From assembly GCA_951406725.2 (NCBI GenBank), contig OX597815.1, positions 19,964,001 through 20,028,000 of the forward strand: a stretch of 64,000 bases of DNA. Direction: 5' to 3'. This stretch comes from Octopus vulgaris. Lineage: Eukaryota. The notes beneath the pieces were generated by a model. It did not search any database. It worked only from the letters and a program-made list of their open reading frames with translations, and was not told the DNA's origin. Position numbers and translations under genes: made by a program. Below are positions 1-16,390 of the stretch, piece by piece (position 1 is the stretch's first letter; each line of letters starts with the position of its first letter).

Positions 1-627
1 ACATTGTAACTATGCTAGAGAAAAATGAAAAAGAATTTGAAACAATTTAAAAGGATTTGTTATTTTTCTTTTTGAATAGCAAAGAAAAAAAGAACAAAAG
101 AAACACAAAAAATCTCCAAATTATTTTTTTCTAAGAAACCATTTCTTTGTTTTCATGACTTTTTTTCTTAAGAAAAGGGTCTAATATTTTCATTGATGCA
201 AAACCAATGTAAACTTTCTTATTTAAACATTATTGTTAATCATATGTACAAGTTCTACCACTTTTGTATTAGTTTATATATAATTATGCATAAATTTCTA
301 CCAGTAAGTGCCCTCAGAAACAGTAAACTAAAACCTTTATGGAAAAAAAAAAAAAAAACGGAGTGCAAGTGAATAGAGAAAAATATGATTACAAATGAAA
401 TTTTAAAAAAGAAAAAAGGAAAAAAAAATTAAGTTGAAGTCTACAAATATTGGTGAGATAAAATATAGACTACTTCAGAAAATGACAGTAATATTACTCA
501 AAAATCTGTTTTGAAATTCCATGAGGAAGCTAATGAAATCAACCTATCGGAAGTTGTCTAACAACTGTAGGTAAAACATGTTGGTTGACATGAAAGATCC
601 TACTATTTGGTATATTATTGCAAAGCA

Positions 628-5100
<4,473 letters not shown>

Positions 5101-6940
5101 TTGCATGACTATACATAACTAATTTTGAATGTGTTACAGAAAAACTAGATCACTGAAAATAAAATATGCAGTTAAATTTTCCCCCACTTTTAAAATATGA
5201 ATACAATTTGACCCTTTAACTGTATTACAGCTGATCTGATCATGTTTTTCTTTGAGTTTCTTCTTTTTTCCATTTGAGAAGCAAATGGCAGAAAAAAAGA
5301 GTAATATATATAGACTGCTATTATAAAAACCCTTTTGGTCTACTATGGCTGATATTAGAAGCCTTTGTTTTACCACATCTTATAACAAAATCCTTTATTT
5401 ATACATAGCTGATATTAAACCCTTTTGATCTATCACAACTTTTGCAGGGGCTGGTTTTACTCTTCCAAAAAAAGGAAAGCATGGTTAAGTTGTTTACATA
5501 CAACACCTTGCTAGTACTTAGATGGCCTTTGAAAATAGCCATTGAACCAAGTACAACCCTGGCTTGGCATTGTTCAACTTCAATGATCTGAAGGAATGCA
5601 GTGTTTGCCACTAGGCCAAGCTGAAACTGGCATTAAGACCCTTTCTCCCACCATGACTAATATTATAACCATTCTGCCATGGCTTACACAAACACTCGCC
5701 TTATTATAGTCGTGTTGATGGCGACTCAACTCTACAACTCACACATGCAATGGGAGTGTGTACAGATTTCTTTTTATAATCTAAGAGATTAAAAAAAAAA
5801 AAATGGTCGAAAAGAAAATTCTTTGTAAGAAATATCATTTTCTCTTACTCAGAATAGTTTTTTTTTAAATCCTACTTTTTTAAAAGCAAAAAATAAGAGA
5901 CCTTTTTCTTAATTAAAAATATGTTATTATATAGAGAAAAAAGAAACCGCTCAAAGAGTATGTTTTTCTCATTGGACTTCTTACACTCTTTAAGCGGAAC
6001 TATCTTGTTTTTGTTGTTGTTTAAAACTTCATAACCACCAGCAATGGTCTTAATTGTTTCACCTATCATTATATAATTATTTCTAGAATAGCAATAGTGA
6101 AGACAAGTGACAACTATTCATTATAATACCAATGATAATGAAAATGATAATCGTAATTTAGACAACAGGCAACCCAGTAATGACTGTTATCATCAATTAA
6201 TTAATATTTTAATTAACACTATTCTTTATTGTAAACCTTTGGAGACTTTCTCCGTTGAGACTCTTTAAAAACTTATGCTCTCTATTCACCGAAGGGATAA
6301 TAAAGTGAAAAAGACTGCTTTCTATTCAATTGTTTTATCAATTATTTCCAACAGTCAAACAAACCTAATTTTCTGAAGAGATTGGAAAATGTATTCAATT
6401 TGTATGTTTGTGTAAATAGACCAAAAAAAAAAAAAAAAAAAACTAACAAATTTCTTCAAAAAAATTTTTTTTTTTTTTCAAAAATGTGAAAATTGTAATA
6501 TGTTACTGCTGCAGTGAGAACATCTTAGGATAGGAATGATAACAGGTGTTATATTGATAGATATCACACACAACACTTTTGCTCACAACTTAAAGAAAAC
6601 ATTTTATATGGTTCACATCTTATATCATATCCAGTGAGAGGTTTATAGCAAGTTGATGTTCATGCACAAATATGTTAATATTTTTAAGATGGTGAAGTGA
6701 AATTTGCAAGAAATTTCATTGCTATTGTTATTTCTAGAGATCAGGTACAAGCAACTTTAATGGTTCAAAGAGGGATTCTTTCTCTTTTTTTATTTTAGCT
6801 TCTGCAGACTACATCATTTGTTTTCCATAGGTAACAAAGAGTAAATATATAAATATATAAACAAAGAGTAAATATATAAATATTAATTTTCATGTTCAAA
6901 TACTTACAAAACATTAATATTATCAAATACATAATGAATT

Positions 6941-7234
6941 AATATTCTGTTGTGTCTGGGGAGAGTCACTTTCTTTTTGTGCCTTATAATGTAACAGACT
7001 CACAGGTAAAATTTCCACTTTTTTCTTATTTTTATTTTCCTAAAATTTTCATTGTGTCTTGCAACCTTTTCAATAGTTTTGAAACTATTGAAAAAAAACT
7101 ATTGAAAAGGTTGCAAGACACAACGAAAATTTTAGGAAAATAAAAATAAGAAAAAAATGGAAATTTTACCAGTGAATGTGTTACATTATAAGGCACAAAA
7201 AGAAAATGGCTCACCCCAGACACAACAGAATATT
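6941..7234. mobile_element. Foldback element (about 140-bp arms), probable inverted Penelope pseudo-LTR pair with hammerhead-like motifs
   Basis: 6941-7080 is the reverse complement of about 7095-7234. Inner end of the right arm reads CTA-TTGAAAA-g-GTTG..CAAC-GAAA-AT-TT-TAG (7099-7135). Confidence 0.75.
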
Positions 7235-8403
7235 CTTCAACACACGAACTCATATAAAGAATCTTGCAAACCAAATCCAAAAACGAAATATAATGAAGTA
7301 AGTAATTCATAATATTCAGTTAAGAAGAGAAATGTTTATGAACAAAATATGGAACATTTTGATTAAATCTTCATGAAATACTTTAGTTAAAGTACATTTT
7401 ACATTCATTTTGACTATACTGAAAAAATGAACTCAGACAAGAAAGAAGTATGTAGAATTTTTTGAAAGGAGTCTCAAAATGTATCTGAGAAACATAATTA
7501 TATCAATCAACAGTAGACATCTTTGAACTCTGTCGTATTTATTTTAGCACGTAGTAAAGAAATCTGCAGAGAACATATTGACAATTATTTTACTATTTGA
7601 AACAGAATTAATAGAAATAACATTGAAATTATTCCAGTTACAATTCAGGTAATATAATAGTCACAGGTAAATGGTTCTAAAGAGTCACAGGTAAATGGTT
7701 CTAAAGAGATTTTACAAAGACTGCTATTATGAACAAGCTGAGAAGTGGAAAGACAAAGCCTAGGGTTACAAAATCTAAAAGGCAATCAGCCACGGTATAT
7801 ATACAATTCCAGTCATGGAAGGCAAGGCTGGAAAGGGCCTTACAAGTGGAATGGCTTAGGGCTTCTCTTCATCTAAATCTACAGAAAACAGTTCCCTTTT
7901 TGACCTTACTATGGTGTATTTATGTGTTTATCCATTCATTAGATGTATACTTTTAATGAATTACAAAACTGCCATGTATTTGCGTAGGTGCCTTGCTGTG
8001 GACTTCACTCTGTTGCAAACATACAGGCCAGGTTTGCAGTTTGAGGATAAATTATGCCCACCAATTATGGAAGACTTGAGAAGAATCCTAGACACATCTC
8101 TCTCTTTCTCTTTCTATCTCTTCCTCTCTCTCTCTCTCTACTTTGATTAAGGCACTGAATAAGAAAAAGATATCAATGGAGAACAGTGAATACTAACATT
8201 TCGGAAAGGGTCTCCTAATATTTCGTTTCCCTTGCCAGGCAAAGGGCCCTGATTGAAATGTTAGATTTTCACAATTCTGAGGGCATATACTTATTGGCTT
8301 ATCCAATTTTAAATAAGTAAACCATTTTTTGCATAAGTAGTTTTACTGGAATTTTAGTAAATTTCATTTGTAGTATCAGAGAACAAATTCAGCAATGGAA
8401 TAT

Positions 8404-8766
8404 GGAAGCACTCCGTCGGTTACGACGACGAGGGTTCCGGTTGATCCGAATCAACGGAACAGCCTGCTCGTGAAATTAACGTGTAAGTAGCTGAGCACTC
8501 CACAGACACGTGTACCCTTAACGTAGTTCTCGGGGATATTCAGCGTGACACAGAGAGTGACAAGGCCGGCCCTTTGAAATACAGGTACAACAGAAACAGG
8601 AAGTAAGAGTGAGAGAAAGTTGTGGTGAAAGAGTACAGCAGGAATCACCACCATCCCCTGCAGGATGCCTCGTGGAGCTTTAGGCGTTTTCGCTCAATAA
8701 ACACTCACAACGCCCGGTCTGGGAATCGAGTCCGCTGCCCTAACCACTGGGCCATTGCGCCTCCAC
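8404..8766 (-). mobile_element. tRNA-derived SINE, family S1
   Basis: Minus-strand head gtggaggcgcaatggcccagtggttaggg (A-box-like), with a small head deletion. Near-identical to copies at 17852, 26414 and 43016. Confidence 0.9.
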
Positions 8767-9500
8767 GCTATAGAATATAATAATTCAACAACCAAATTAG
8801 ATTACATCAAAAGTAATTCTGATATATCCAACCAAATTATACATGCTTAAATTATACATAAACAGTTGTGTATAATTTCTGAAGATCACTATACGAATTC
8901 AATAAAAAAAAATGAAAATTTTAAAGATAATAGGAAACAAAAAATACATTGTTCTCACAGCCATAAATATTTCATAGCTTCCTGTTTCCACAATTCAAGA
9001 TTCAGAAATAAATAATTCTTAATCATAGCAAGTATTGACTGTTAAGTCTTACAGATTAATACAACAAATCTTCTTAAAACTGACACATAATACAGCTAAA
9101 TATCAGTCATAAATCCATACAGCAGACATTTTTCTCTACAAACTCAGCAGAAAGGAAAAATTACCCTTTGTGAAAATGTAATAATGTCAGATGCCATAAC
9201 GAAATCCTTGTAGTGGCTGTAAGTTAAATGGAAGCATGAACACATGAATACACGCACACACATACACAGATATCCATATGTAAATATTCAAAAACAGACA
9301 TACACACACATATATACTAGTGTATATATTTGTTTGTCATGTTATTTGAGGAGATTAACTAGCCAGAGCAAATGACTAAGGTGTTTCATGCGAACAACAT
9401 CATGGTTTTACCCACGATTTAATTATATACATTCAAGATATATTTTAGACTATTATATGTGTGTGTGTGTGTGTGTATATATATATACATATGTATATAA

Positions 9501-9762
9501 CACCATGATCACCGTGACCGACCAGGTTATCAGATGTTGCTACGCATCGCTGGTTACAATGTGCTTCGCATTGTTTTAGCCTTCAAATGACGCCACGCCG
9601 CTGGCTAAGCGAGCAGACCAACAGAAGAAAGAGTGAGAGAAAGTTGTGGAGCTTTAGGTGTTTTCGCTCAATAAATACTCACAACGCCCGGTCTGGGAAT
9701 CGAAACCGAGATCCTACGACCGCGAGTCTGCAGCCCTAACCACTGGGCCATTGCGCCTCCAC
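9501..9762 (-). mobile_element. tRNA-derived SINE, S1 head with an alternative 3' tail
   Basis: Same head as S1, but the distal part (gaccaggttatcagatgttgc...) differs from the S1 tail. Confidence 0.8.
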
Positions 9763-9779
9763 ATATGTATGTATGTATG

Positions 9780-9916
<137 letters not shown>

Positions 9917-9951
9917 TGTTTCGAATTTGTGTGAATGCATATAGAATAATG

Positions 9952-10268
9952 TATTAGTTAAATAAAGTTAAAACATATACTGGTTTTCACGTTTTTTTAT
10001 TATGGTATTTTAACAAAATTAGCGCTTTCATAAATAGCGTACTCATCAAATTTCAAATGATGTTTAAGAACATGCAGATTTATCAAAAAGGTATACTAAA
10101 AATTCATTTGATTTGGATCATTCTAAGAGGTACTAGTGTTGTCAAGAACTCAACTGTCAGTTAAACACATTTGAAATCTGATGATTACACCATGTATGCA
10201 AGCGTTAATTTTAGTAAAATACCACAATGAAAAACGTGAGAACCAGACTGTTTTAACTTTATTCAGCT

Positions 10269-10272
<4 letters not shown>
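9952..10272. mobile_element. Diverged foldback element (about 115-bp arms) with a hammerhead motif in each arm
   Basis: Arms about 9952-10067 and 10160-10272 are inverted. Right arm AAAT-CTGATGA-tTACAccaTGTAt-GCAA-GCGT-TA-ATTT; left arm (minus) AAAT-TTGATGA-GTAC..AT-GAAA-GCGC-TA-ATTT. Confidence 0.8.
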
Positions 10273-10308
<36 letters not shown>

Positions 10309-10639
10309 CACACATAATTACATACTTATATACATATGTATAAATATACATACATATAAATGTACATACATATATATACATATAGGTTTGTCAATATATG
10401 GTCATGCATGCATGCATGCATGCATACATACATACATAATGAACATGATAGAAGCTAACTATTCAATAGGGCTATATGACTGCTACTTGCTAATGAGATG
10501 CAACAAGACTTCAACATCACTCACAAAGTTCTTCCAAGATACATGCATTACTTTCAAAGGTACTTTTGCTTAAAATGCTCCAAATGATGTCACATATTTT
10601 TTTTCTTCATCATCATTGGCATAATAACTCTCTTAGTAC

Positions 10640-11624
10640 CCTTTGACATTCATCTGTTTCCAAAAATGAAAAAAGCCCTGGCTGGTCGCCATTTTGCCAG
10701 TGACGATGACGTCATAAACGCTGTAGGAAGTTCTTGGAGCCTCAAACAAAAGAGTTCTTCTACAACAGGGTAATGGCGCTTAGGCACCGCTGGAGAAAGT
10801 GTTCAGCCATCGAGGGCTTTTTTCATTTTTGGGAAAAGATGATTATAAGAGGGGTCTAAGTCTGGTGAATTAGTCGGATGGGGAACAAGTTCATACGCCT
10901 TCTTTGGCGTAGTTGAAGATGTGTACTTCCCCTGCTTTGATCGATCTTTGGTAGTGATGAACCCAAATTTCGTCCATAGTAATGAAACGAGCAAAAAATT
11001 CTCTTCATCGGCATCAAACAGTTCCAGATTGCTCGTGGACAAAGAACACCTGGTGCGTTTCTGTTCAGAATTCAAAAGGCGAGGAACCCACCTTGTGGAA
11101 ACCTTTCAGAACCCAAGTTCTTTTGTCACAATGTTGTCTGCTCTATGCATTAAGATGCCTGGTCTTTCGGCTATCTGATGACATGACATTCGGCGATCTC
11201 GCATTATCATATCAAGAGCAAGGTTAAGATTGTCCTTGGTGGTTGCAGTTGGAGGTCTCCCTGGTCTGGGATCATCTTCCACACTCTCCCTGTTATGCTT
11301 GAATTCATTTACTCAGCGTTTGATTGTTGCATATGAAGGAGCATTGTCTGTTAAGGTTCTCACCATATCTTTATGGATTTCTGATGGAGTCATGCCTTTC
11401 AAATGAAGGTACTTTATGACAGCACGATACACAGTTTTCTCCTATTTCCTTGTAACCTTGACTCTTGTTTATTCAAAAATCTGCAACAGATAAAAATAAA
11501 ATATCAGAATCATGAAAAATGAACAAGAATACTCCGAAAAGACTGTACTTACCAGAAAAATTGTTTCAGCTATCTAGCAGCCCCGTTTCTAAGTTAGGCT
11601 CAAAACTTTTCATACACCCTCTCG
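10640..11624 (-). mobile_element. Decayed mariner (irritans-like) with an inverted C-terminal segment
   Basis: Minus ORF HPTNSPDLDPSYNHLFPKMKKAL resembles the HPPYSPDLAPSD motif. TIR-like end ..aaaacttttcatacaccctctcg-TA. 10640-10802 encodes HLFPKMKKALAGRHFASDDDV on the plus strand. Confidence 0.85.
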
Positions 11625-11676
11625 TATATATGTATATATATATATATGCAAGAAAAATTTGCTGAATTTATGTATG

Positions 11677-11748
<72 letters not shown>

Positions 11749-11752
<4 letters not shown>

Positions 11753-12697
11753 GTTGTCCGGAAAGTTCGTGCCGATTTATAGTAGATTATCTTTCGACTA
11801 ATTTTAGAACATGGTTGAGTTCATAAAATAGGATTTAACAACACCTCCATTTAGAGCACAGTTTAAGCTATCTTTTCGTGGAAGAAAATTGATATTCCTA
11901 TAACCTGTGTTAATTCTGTAACCCTTTCAAATGGAAGATAAGAAAGTTCATTTTCGGCACTCGATGCTTTTCTTTTCCGTAAAGGGAAAACTGCTTCACA
12001 AGCAACCAAAGAAATATGCGCAGTTTACGGTGATGCTTCTTTATCCGAAAGAACTGTACGGAAGTGGTTCTCAAGGTTCCGAGCTGGAGTTTGTAGCCTT
12101 ATTGATAAAGAGCGATCAGGCAGACCATCCACTACAGATGATGACCAAATCAAGTCATTAATTGAGAATTGCACAACTCGAGAATTGTCAGGAAGCCTCA
12201 ACCTATCAAAATGCGTCGTTCATGAGCACCTGGTAAAGCTTGGGTACACAAATCGCTACGATGTTTGGGTACCACATGAGTTCAGTGAGAAGAACCTTCT
12301 GGATCGCATTTCCATCTGTGATTCGCTTTATGAACAGAATGAAAACGCGCCTTTTTTAAAGCAAATTGTGCCAGGTGATGAGAAATGGATTATCTACCGA
12401 AATGTTCAGAGAAAGTGATCCTGTAGTAAGCGACATGAGCCACGCTTAGCCACCCCAAAAGCGGGTCTTCACCCTAAAAAAGACTTTCTTTGTGTCTGCT
12501 GAGATTGGAAAGGGATTCTGTACTATGAGCTTCTCCTAAGTAACCAGACAATTAATTCTGAGAAATATTGCACACAACTGGACGAGTTAAAAGCAGCAAT
12601 TCAAGAGAAACGTCCAGAATTGGCCAACAGAAAGGGTGTTGTTTTCCAACATGATAATGCAAGACCGCACGTTTCTTTGGGAACCAGACAAAATTTG
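11749..12697 (+). mobile_element. Mariner (mellifera-like), 3'-truncated, frameshifted transposase pseudogene
   Basis: TA + TIR TTGGGTTGTCCGGAAAGTTCGTGCCGATTT; MEDKKVHFRH, WVPHE, GDEKW and HDNARPH motifs. Confidence 0.93.
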
Positions 12698-12891
12698 CCA
12701 AACAAGAAAGCACAAAAAAACACAACACGAGGACGTGGAACAGATATAGTATTATTGGACGCTCAGGAAAGAAGGAAAGAAGGTGGGTTTAACGTTTCGA
12801 GCGGAGCTCTTCGTCGTAAACATAGGAGAATGAAAGATCTAGAGAAGGGAAGACAGAGGAAAAAAAATTGCCAACAGTACACACGAGGTCA
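12698..12891 (-). mobile_element. Short hammerhead-motif element, family H1
   Basis: Homologous to 23845-24048 and 53923-54112. Minus strand GTTT-ACGACGA-a-GAGCtccGCTC-GAAA-CG-TT-AAAC (12787-12821). Confidence 0.8.
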
Positions 12892-13385
12892 TAGGGCCTC
12901 CGTCGGTGATGGCTGACCATGGATGATGTCATCCGTCCGTTGAGTTGTCTATTCAGTTTTTGCAACGCCTCCTGTGGCTGTAGAGACCGATGCGAGAGTG
13001 GCAGTCTCGTTTGCAGAGGTCACACCTATACGTTGAATCCGGTCTGTTTGGCTGTCATTTCTTTTCTGCGGGCTCGGTTTTCAGCTTCCGCCACCCTCAA
13101 ATTCTCTTCGCTGGTCTGCAGTTGTTTGTGAAGAGTGCCTCTCCAGCTGGTTCGGTCGGCTGCGAGAGCCTCCCAGGAATTGGTGTTGATGCCAAGTGCC
13201 TTCATATCCCTCCTGCACACGTCCCTGTACCTCAGCTTCTGGCGGCCAACGTTTCTCCGCCCTCCGACAAGCTCTCCGAAGAGGACATCCTTTGGGATCC
13301 GACCATCCTCCATACGGCGAACATGGCCCAGCCAAGTTGTCTTAGCGAGGTGAGCAAGGTGTTGAGGCCAGCACAAGACAGAACA
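12892..13385 (-). mobile_element. RTE-clade LINE 3' end
   Basis: WLGHVRRMEDGRIPKDVLFGEL..QKLRYRDVCRRDMK..WEALAADRTSWR, followed by a C2H2-like CDLCKRDCHSRIGLYSHRRRC, typical of RTE ORF C-termini. Confidence 0.92.
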
Positions 13386-14740
13386 TACTACACACATATA
13401 CACTCACATACACACCTTTACATTCACACACATATATACATAGACATGCATACATACAGGTGTTGTAGGGTATATTTTTCTCCTTTCCAGGTGTACAATA
13501 ATATTACATTGTTTATTGTTCATTTGCTGAGTAAAACCAGCCCGGACTGTAAATACAAAATGGTGAAGATGTTGGACATCCTATCCAAATTTCATTAAAG
13601 ACATTTTTATATCATTGGAATCCACAAGTTCAAAAGTCATTTTTCAACACAACTGTGCTCAGTTCACATAGATATCATAAATAGATACCAAATCTATACA
13701 TTTCTCCATAAGAAGATTTACCAGTTGTCCCCTTGTGCCTTACTAGTGGGCCAGATCTATAGTTCAGAATACAGTTTGAATTTTAATCCGCTTCAGATTA
13801 GTGCACATGGAAGAATGAAGTAAACGAAATGTTGATAGTATTATCAACATACACATAAACATATGCAGAAATGCACATACACGCACACGCACAGAAATCA
13901 CCACCACCACACATAGGTATGCTGCATCTTGAAGGACAGAAAAACAATAATATGGAGTTACAGAACTCAGCTGTTCTGCAAATGTGAACATTTCATTAGA
14001 AATCACTGAGAAAGAGAATATACGAAAAACCACTTCGAAACATAGCTTCTCTACCCAATTAACAAATTTACATTTGTACCAATAATTATTTTAACACTTG
14101 GTTATGTCAATTAATGTTTAAGTGGTAATTAAAAATAAACTGGGTTTTCAATTTTCAAACAAAACAGAAAAAATATGAAGCTTTTCTAAATTTCCATAGC
14201 TTTTTATCGTTGCTGTTATCTAAGCTCGAGTTAGAGATCTTTGCTTCCTTTTTAGAAATCAATTCTTTCATTAATGGTAAAATTCGAAAATATAAATAAA
14301 TTTCATGCATTACTAAGAAATAATTTCTCGAACATCAGCTCTGAGTGATAATAGAAAATAAGATAACAAGTAAAGAAAAGATGTAAAAAATAAAAATTGT
14401 ATTTAATGCCTTACAAGAGGCACTTCTTCCAAAAGAAAAGTATGTTCCACAAAATCAACTTATGTCTTATAAACATTAGGTCAGGTTTTGAGTTACTGGA
14501 AAGGAGTGGTTCAAGAAAAGGCCTGCAAAAATTAGGTATATTTATAATTTTCTGTCTTATAAGCCACTAGATAAAGTACAGGAACTACAATGTGGATATT
14601 TCAGCTACTATAGAACTCTGTATGCATGAGCTCTCATTCTCTATAAACTAAGGTCACGTATGTAATCGTTTAAGGTTGTTTAAAACAAACTGTTTCATAA
14701 ACCAACTCATCTGAACAAGGACGTTACAAACATAAACAAT

Positions 14741-14940
14741 GCCGTCCAAGAATTTGGACTTGGAGATTTCTATTTCCAGCAACTTCGAGGGCCACCTCCA
14801 AGTGGTGTCGGGCGTCAACGAAGAGCCCTCGACTACAACAAGACGACCAAAGTTTTTTTTTCCAAGGTCTGGGGTCTCCCGCCCCTAAGCCCTAGACCAT
14901 CACCTAATCACCCTTACCCGTCTTGTTGCTTAACAACAAC
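14741..14940 (+). mobile_element. 200-bp retroposed fragment with (CAA)n tail and 12-bp TSD
   Basis: aacataaacaat at 14729-14740 and 14941-14952; GC-richer insert ending taacaacaac. Confidence 0.75.
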
Positions 14941-15149
14941 AACATAAACAATATATACCTTTACTTCAATAGATTTCATGTAGAGTACTAATGAAGAATG
15001 GAAAATCATACAGCATTAAAATATATTTAATAAAAAGCATTATCTTCATATTACATTCCAACATGTGTTTCTGCTGAATAAGTGTCTTAGGGTCCTTTGA
15101 CATAATAGTGTTGTGCATCTTATCAAATTATATCAAATCAATTGCAGTA

Positions 15150-15830
15150 CACATTCCTATCCATAAGTTGACGATCATTATTATGTCTTCGCACACACAT
15201 TGATATTTAAGTTCTTGAGAGAGTTCCAGATCAGAGATCTAGAAGAGGCTACTCTCCCCGTCAATGCCATTATTATCCTCAAGCTTTGGGGATATGTACT
15301 CATGCATTACTTTTCATTGGTATGATACCTGCTCCTACCACGTTCTCCTGTTGAAGAAGGCTAAACTAGCTTTTGGGTGTCACCTAAGATAGTTGTATTC
15401 TCAGAGTACCTACTTGATAGTTCTACAACTCTGAAGATTTTGTTGTTCTCATTTTTGAGTACGCATGTATTGTATTCATTTATTTCTCTACTGTTCAGCA
15501 GCTGTTATCTGAGTGATACAGTGCGGCATGTGGGTGACATCAATTTTATTCTTTTCTGCATATCCCCGCATGTAACCTTAGCATTTTGTTAATAGAGTTG
15601 ACAAGGAGTTCACTGCCAGTTCAAACATCATTACAGATAAACTATCACCCTCGAATATGCCTGTTGATAACTTAATTCTGGGTGTAACAATGGGTGCTGC
15701 TTTAGTAGTTGCCAGTGATTGTTTCTTATCTCAATATTCTTTAAGTCTTTTCATGTAGCCTATCGAGGTGTCTTTCCTAATATTTTTGTAGAACTGATAT
15801 AGGCCTTGGTCCCGGTTGGAAGTCCACTAA
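15150..15830 (-). mobile_element. R4/Dong-like (RLE-type) non-LTR retrotransposon remnant, internally deleted
   Basis: Minus translation about 15525-15690: TPRIKLSTGIFEGDSLSVMMFELAVNSLSTLLTKC*GY..DVTH, matching the GIFQGDSLS RT motif. Left boundary uncertain. Confidence 0.7.
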
Positions 15831-16390
15831 AATATGTATGTATGTATGTATGTATGTAGTCTGAGGAAACTGGTGGTAGACTGGATTGGCTAAAGTTATA
15901 TAGCAATGTTGTTTGAGCAAGTTCATATGCTGTGGTTAGAGGAACAATCTGATATTTCAGGACTGTCTGTTCATAAAAATTAAGAGAGCAAAATACCCTC
16001 TGAGATAAACGTTCGGTCCAAACACGTCAGATTCTCCTTCTCCACGCTGTATACAAAAAAATATAACCAATCTAGGATCGCAATATTTAAGCATATCTTA
16101 ATTTTACTCTGAAGGAGTCATTGGGCAGCAGAGTTAGGGATAATTCTAGAACAATCATCATGCACTTAGTTTGGAGTATTACTGTTTGCAGTATTATTGT
16201 TTAATAGTTGTATTATTTCGACTGCTTTTGCGGCTGAGCAACATAGTGGTTATGCCATCTTTGTTATTTCTTCCTTTAAGAAATTCACTAATTTAAAATT
16301 TTCAACTAAAGATTAGCTTACACAACTCACCTTTGCGTAAATCAGTTTTTTAATTAAACAAACACACAGACTTTGCAAATTCGTTCTCAA

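Noticed and set aside
6833-7710. Two small tandem duplications (about 26 bp near 6835, 24 bp near 7660)
   Set aside because: Ordinary slippage duplications.
8186-8272. Short imperfect inverted repeat
   Set aside because: Arms under 30 bp with several mismatches; no core motif or TSD.
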